Shown: piece by piece, positions 47,200-50,409 of the stretch
Position numbering within the stretch: position 1 is the stretch's first letter
Layout: each line of letters opens with the position of its first letter
Assembly: GCA_010093995.1 (NCBI GenBank)
Contig: ML992502.1
Coordinates: forward strand, 1,406,711 to 1,457,119
Direction: 5' to 3'
Source: Elsinoe ampelina
Lineage: Eukaryota
DNA: 50,409 nt
Made by a program: the position numbers and the translations under genes
The notes under the pieces: generated by a model
Database searches by the model: none
What the model saw: only the letters and a program-made list of their open reading frames with translations
What the model was told of the DNA's origin: nothing

Positions 47200-50020
47200 T
47201 CATACAGCGCCTCTGGCCACCAACAGACTCACGAGCTCCGTTCTGCCCTCGGCAAGTGCCAGACATGTCTTCCCATGATTATCGACTGCCTTGACATTAG
47301 CGCCAGACTCAATGAGCCTCCTAGAGCAAGCCTCCGAGTGCATATTGTTGTATGACAGTGCCAAAAGCAAGGGTGTTTGGCCATATTTATTCCTTGCCTC
47401 GACATCGATATCCGGACGCTTCAAGAGGTACGGCAGACATTGACCTGCGTGCCACCAATACTTTCCCCTGGATACGTAGTGGAGAACCGTTGGTGCGTCC
47501 TGAATGTTTTCCTCATCGTCCGCATATGTAGGGTATCCGAGTTCATCGAGGTCGGGCACATAGTCATACACCTCGTTGATGTCAACCTGCGTGGTTTCGA
47601 CCAGGAATCGTACGACCTCAATATTTGACAATTCTCGCTGAACAGCTGTGAAGAGAAGTGGCTTGTCCCGTGTGACGGAAGGAAGAGAAGGATCATGGGG
47701 TTCAGAGGCCCGATGGTTGTGCTTGATAGCATCTGTAACATGATCGGCTACGTTCTGTAGTACCTCTGAGAAGCCGAGGGACACAAGTAGGTGAAAATTC
47801 GAGGTCTGGCGAGCCGGATCTACCCATGTGAGAACTTGAGGATGCGATTCGATCAGGAACTCGACTAGTGACAAATGCCTTTGTCGAAGTAACATGGTGA
47901 AATATCGCCAGGCGTGCGCCCCAGCACAATTTTGTAGGATGGTACGCATGCTTTTGTCTCGATCATCGATAATCGTCAGGGTTGGCCACAAATAGGACGA
48001 TGAATTGTATACTGTTCCGACGGTCCTCCACCAGTGACTCCATCGCATGGCCAGGAAACTTTGGAGCACAACTGACTCTGGCCTGTATCTGCTCAGATCC
48101 ATGTCGCTCGGCGCACCCAGGTCAGATGCAGTCAAGCCAAGTTGCGCTGCCCGATCCTGAATCGCATCAAAGATACCACTCAGTCTGGCAGTATCCTCTT
48201 CGTGCCGCAGAGCGATGCCTGTATCAATTTCCCGAGAGTACTTCTGCTTGGCATGTGGCAATGCTGGCCTCCCACAATCTTCCAGAGTGAGTCCTTTTGT
48301 CGCAGGTGCAATGTGATCCGTGGCTTCATATGGAGATCCAAAGTCATATTGATCATGAGATCCTCAAATAGCTGCACTGGTCGTATTCTCCCAAAGCTTC
48401 TGCTCCTCGTCATATTCTGAGCATGTCCACAGTGGTGTGCGGCCCTTGCAATCACGAGCTGTTATATCTGCACCTTCATCCAGCAGTAATGTGACGCTCT
48501 CCACTCGACCAGACCGGCAGGCATGATGAAGTGGTGTCCGTCCCGTACAATCCCTGGAATTGACAAGCTCGGCGAATCGTGAAGGCATGACCTTCCTCTG
48601 GTGCTCAAGTAGTGTCCCGAGAGCATTGGCTTGACGGCAACGAGCAGCCAGGTGTAAGCATGTGAGGCCCTGGTGGGTGAGAATAGAAGCATCCGAACCT
48701 GCCCGCAGTAGTCTCTCGACCATCACCTCCGAGCAAGTACACGCGAGGTGAAGCGGCGTGATACCCTGCAGATCTTGAACATCGAGGTCGTCTGCTTTAT
48801 CAAATACAATGGCAACTGCTTCGTCCCAACCATTCTGCTGCACACCAGTCCAAGCACAGAGACAGTGGAGAGGAGTGCGACCAGCCACGTTGCGACTACT
48901 CATATCGAGGCCCCATGACAAAAGAATGTCGGTTTCTCTGACGTTGAGGTCGAATTTTGACATGGCTACATGGAGCAAGGTGTTACCACGAAAGTCAACC
49001 GCTTCAGGTGATGCCCCATGCCTAACAAAAGCCCGAAGAGTATCTTCCTGGAAGTTCAAGCCTGGAACACCCGTCAACTTGTGCAGAATCGTCCTTCCAT
49101 GACTATCCCGAGTGTCGACAGAAGCACCAAGAGCAATAGCACCCTCAACATCAGCCAAACTCATGCAGTACAGGCGTGAGATGTAAGACATCAGCCAAGT
49201 CTCACCAGCACGATCCTGGGCTTCCAGATCGGCGCCGCAGCTAATGAGAAACTCCACGACAGTCGTGCCACCCAAGCGGGCGTAGTGAAGAGGTGTTCGA
49301 CCTCTATAGTCTCTCGCATGGATATCCGCGCCAGCATGCAACAACGCTTGGAGAACACTGATGTCGGCATCGCTGATCTGCCGGACCGCCCTGTGTAGTG
49401 GCGTGTCACCGCGATGGTTCCTCTCGTTGGGGTCGAATCCGTCCTTGACGAGTCTCGAAACAATACTGTGCCCAATCCTGCGACATGGTGTATCTCGCAG
49501 TATCATCAGGAGTGGGCCATCACCTGTCGCAGTGTCTCTGATCGTACATTGCGGACCATTCAATAATGCCAGAATTTGCTCACCGTGCGGCGTCCGAGAG
49601 GGAGATATCAGTATCTTCATCAACTCTTTGCAGGTCCCATCCAGGCAACCATCCATTTCGCTCTCATTCGACTTTGTATCTTGTTGGGCTATGGTAGAAT
49701 AGCTTGTAGAGAAGGATTACCTGGGGCGGAAGTGCTGCTATACCAAGTGCGTGCGGATCATCATGCGGTGTCCCAGATTGGACGTCCGTCCATGAACTGT
49801 GCCTCACGTTCTGTCCTTGAGAGCTGATTCTCCGGAAGAGCAAATTGGATTAAGCATAGTGTCCGTTCGCGTCCAGCCATACTTTTGGGGTGATTCATAA
49901 AGGGCGGCGCGAACGATCTGAGTTGGCGTCACCACCAGACCACAGTCACCAAACGCATGAGTTTTCTCTACCACAACGCCGGCGTATTAGGAGCTGTGCC
50001 ATTGCATCATGATCAAAATG
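47200..50020 (-). pseudogene. Degenerating ankyrin-repeat protein gene
   Basis: ORFs 48364-49656 and 47200-48261 are in the same frame, separated by one TGA (48366-48364). Many ankyrin repeats (GDTPLHRAV, GRTPLHYA, GITPLHLAC, GRTPLHHAC, GQTPLLLAL). Further in-frame stops at 49719, 49740 and 49806, and an apparent frameshift near 49981. 5' limit uncertain. Confidence 0.75.
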
Positions 50021-50409
50021 GATCCAAGGAATTTGAAGTATCGTTCATCCTAATCCGCAACAGAGTAGATGAAAGCTGAGCTATCTTTGAATCAGATGTG
50101 ATCCTATGTGCCGAGCACTGCGCCGCACACTTGGACAGTGTTCTGCTCGTACTCGCGCCATCTCTTGCTGTTGTTCTTCTCTTTCATTTCCACCGATCAT
50201 TCAACTCGGACCCATATCAACATCGAACAACTTGAGTTGTGCCGAACATCGACAATGTACTGTCAAGATCCCATCGAATGTGCCAATTTCCGCACGAAAT
50301 GCAACATGGATCCGATATTCTCCTTTGCAAAAGGGCTGGGATTTTCTTGGCAAAATTAAGCTTGAATTTCTTAACAAAACAAAGTACTAAAATTGCTCTT
50401 TTCGTAGAT

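Noticed and set aside
48364..48366. A-to-I editing or programmed readthrough of the premature TGA
   Set aside because: Additional stops and a frameshift upstream make pseudogenisation the simpler explanation.

Overview
Eukaryotic DNA from an intron-containing filamentous ascomycete (GT..CTRAC/CTAAT..YAG introns of about 45-70 nt; RIP-mutated repeat). A Dothideomycete-like origin is only an impression. Positions 1-12.8 kb and 21.4-33.6 kb are mostly housekeeping genes: inositol polyphosphate multikinase, CLP1, TOM20, EXO84, a ~990-aa Thr-rich GPI wall protein, PI31, a C2H2 transcription factor, a 12-exon Yvc1/TRP-like channel, an Asi-type RING ligase, ESA1 and the PP2A catalytic subunit. Between these blocks lies a gene-poor stretch with a C52 tract and a ~3.4-kb RIP-destroyed Tc1-like (DD34E) transposon. 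Besides its transposase, this element carries a second, convergent ~640-codon fossil ORF. From 34 kb onward the window looks accessory: a DUF6601-like 2-TM gene head-to-head with a lipase-NACHT-ankyrin NLR whose Walker B lacks acidic residues, a modular secreted protein with no obvious AUG, a GH5 glucanase, an 8-Cys secreted protein and a decaying ankyrin gene. The best leads are the two-gene Tc1 element, the DUF6601/NLR pair and recurrent sharp C/A-rich to G/T-rich skew switches. All gene models and de-RIP translations were read by eye; no searches were run.
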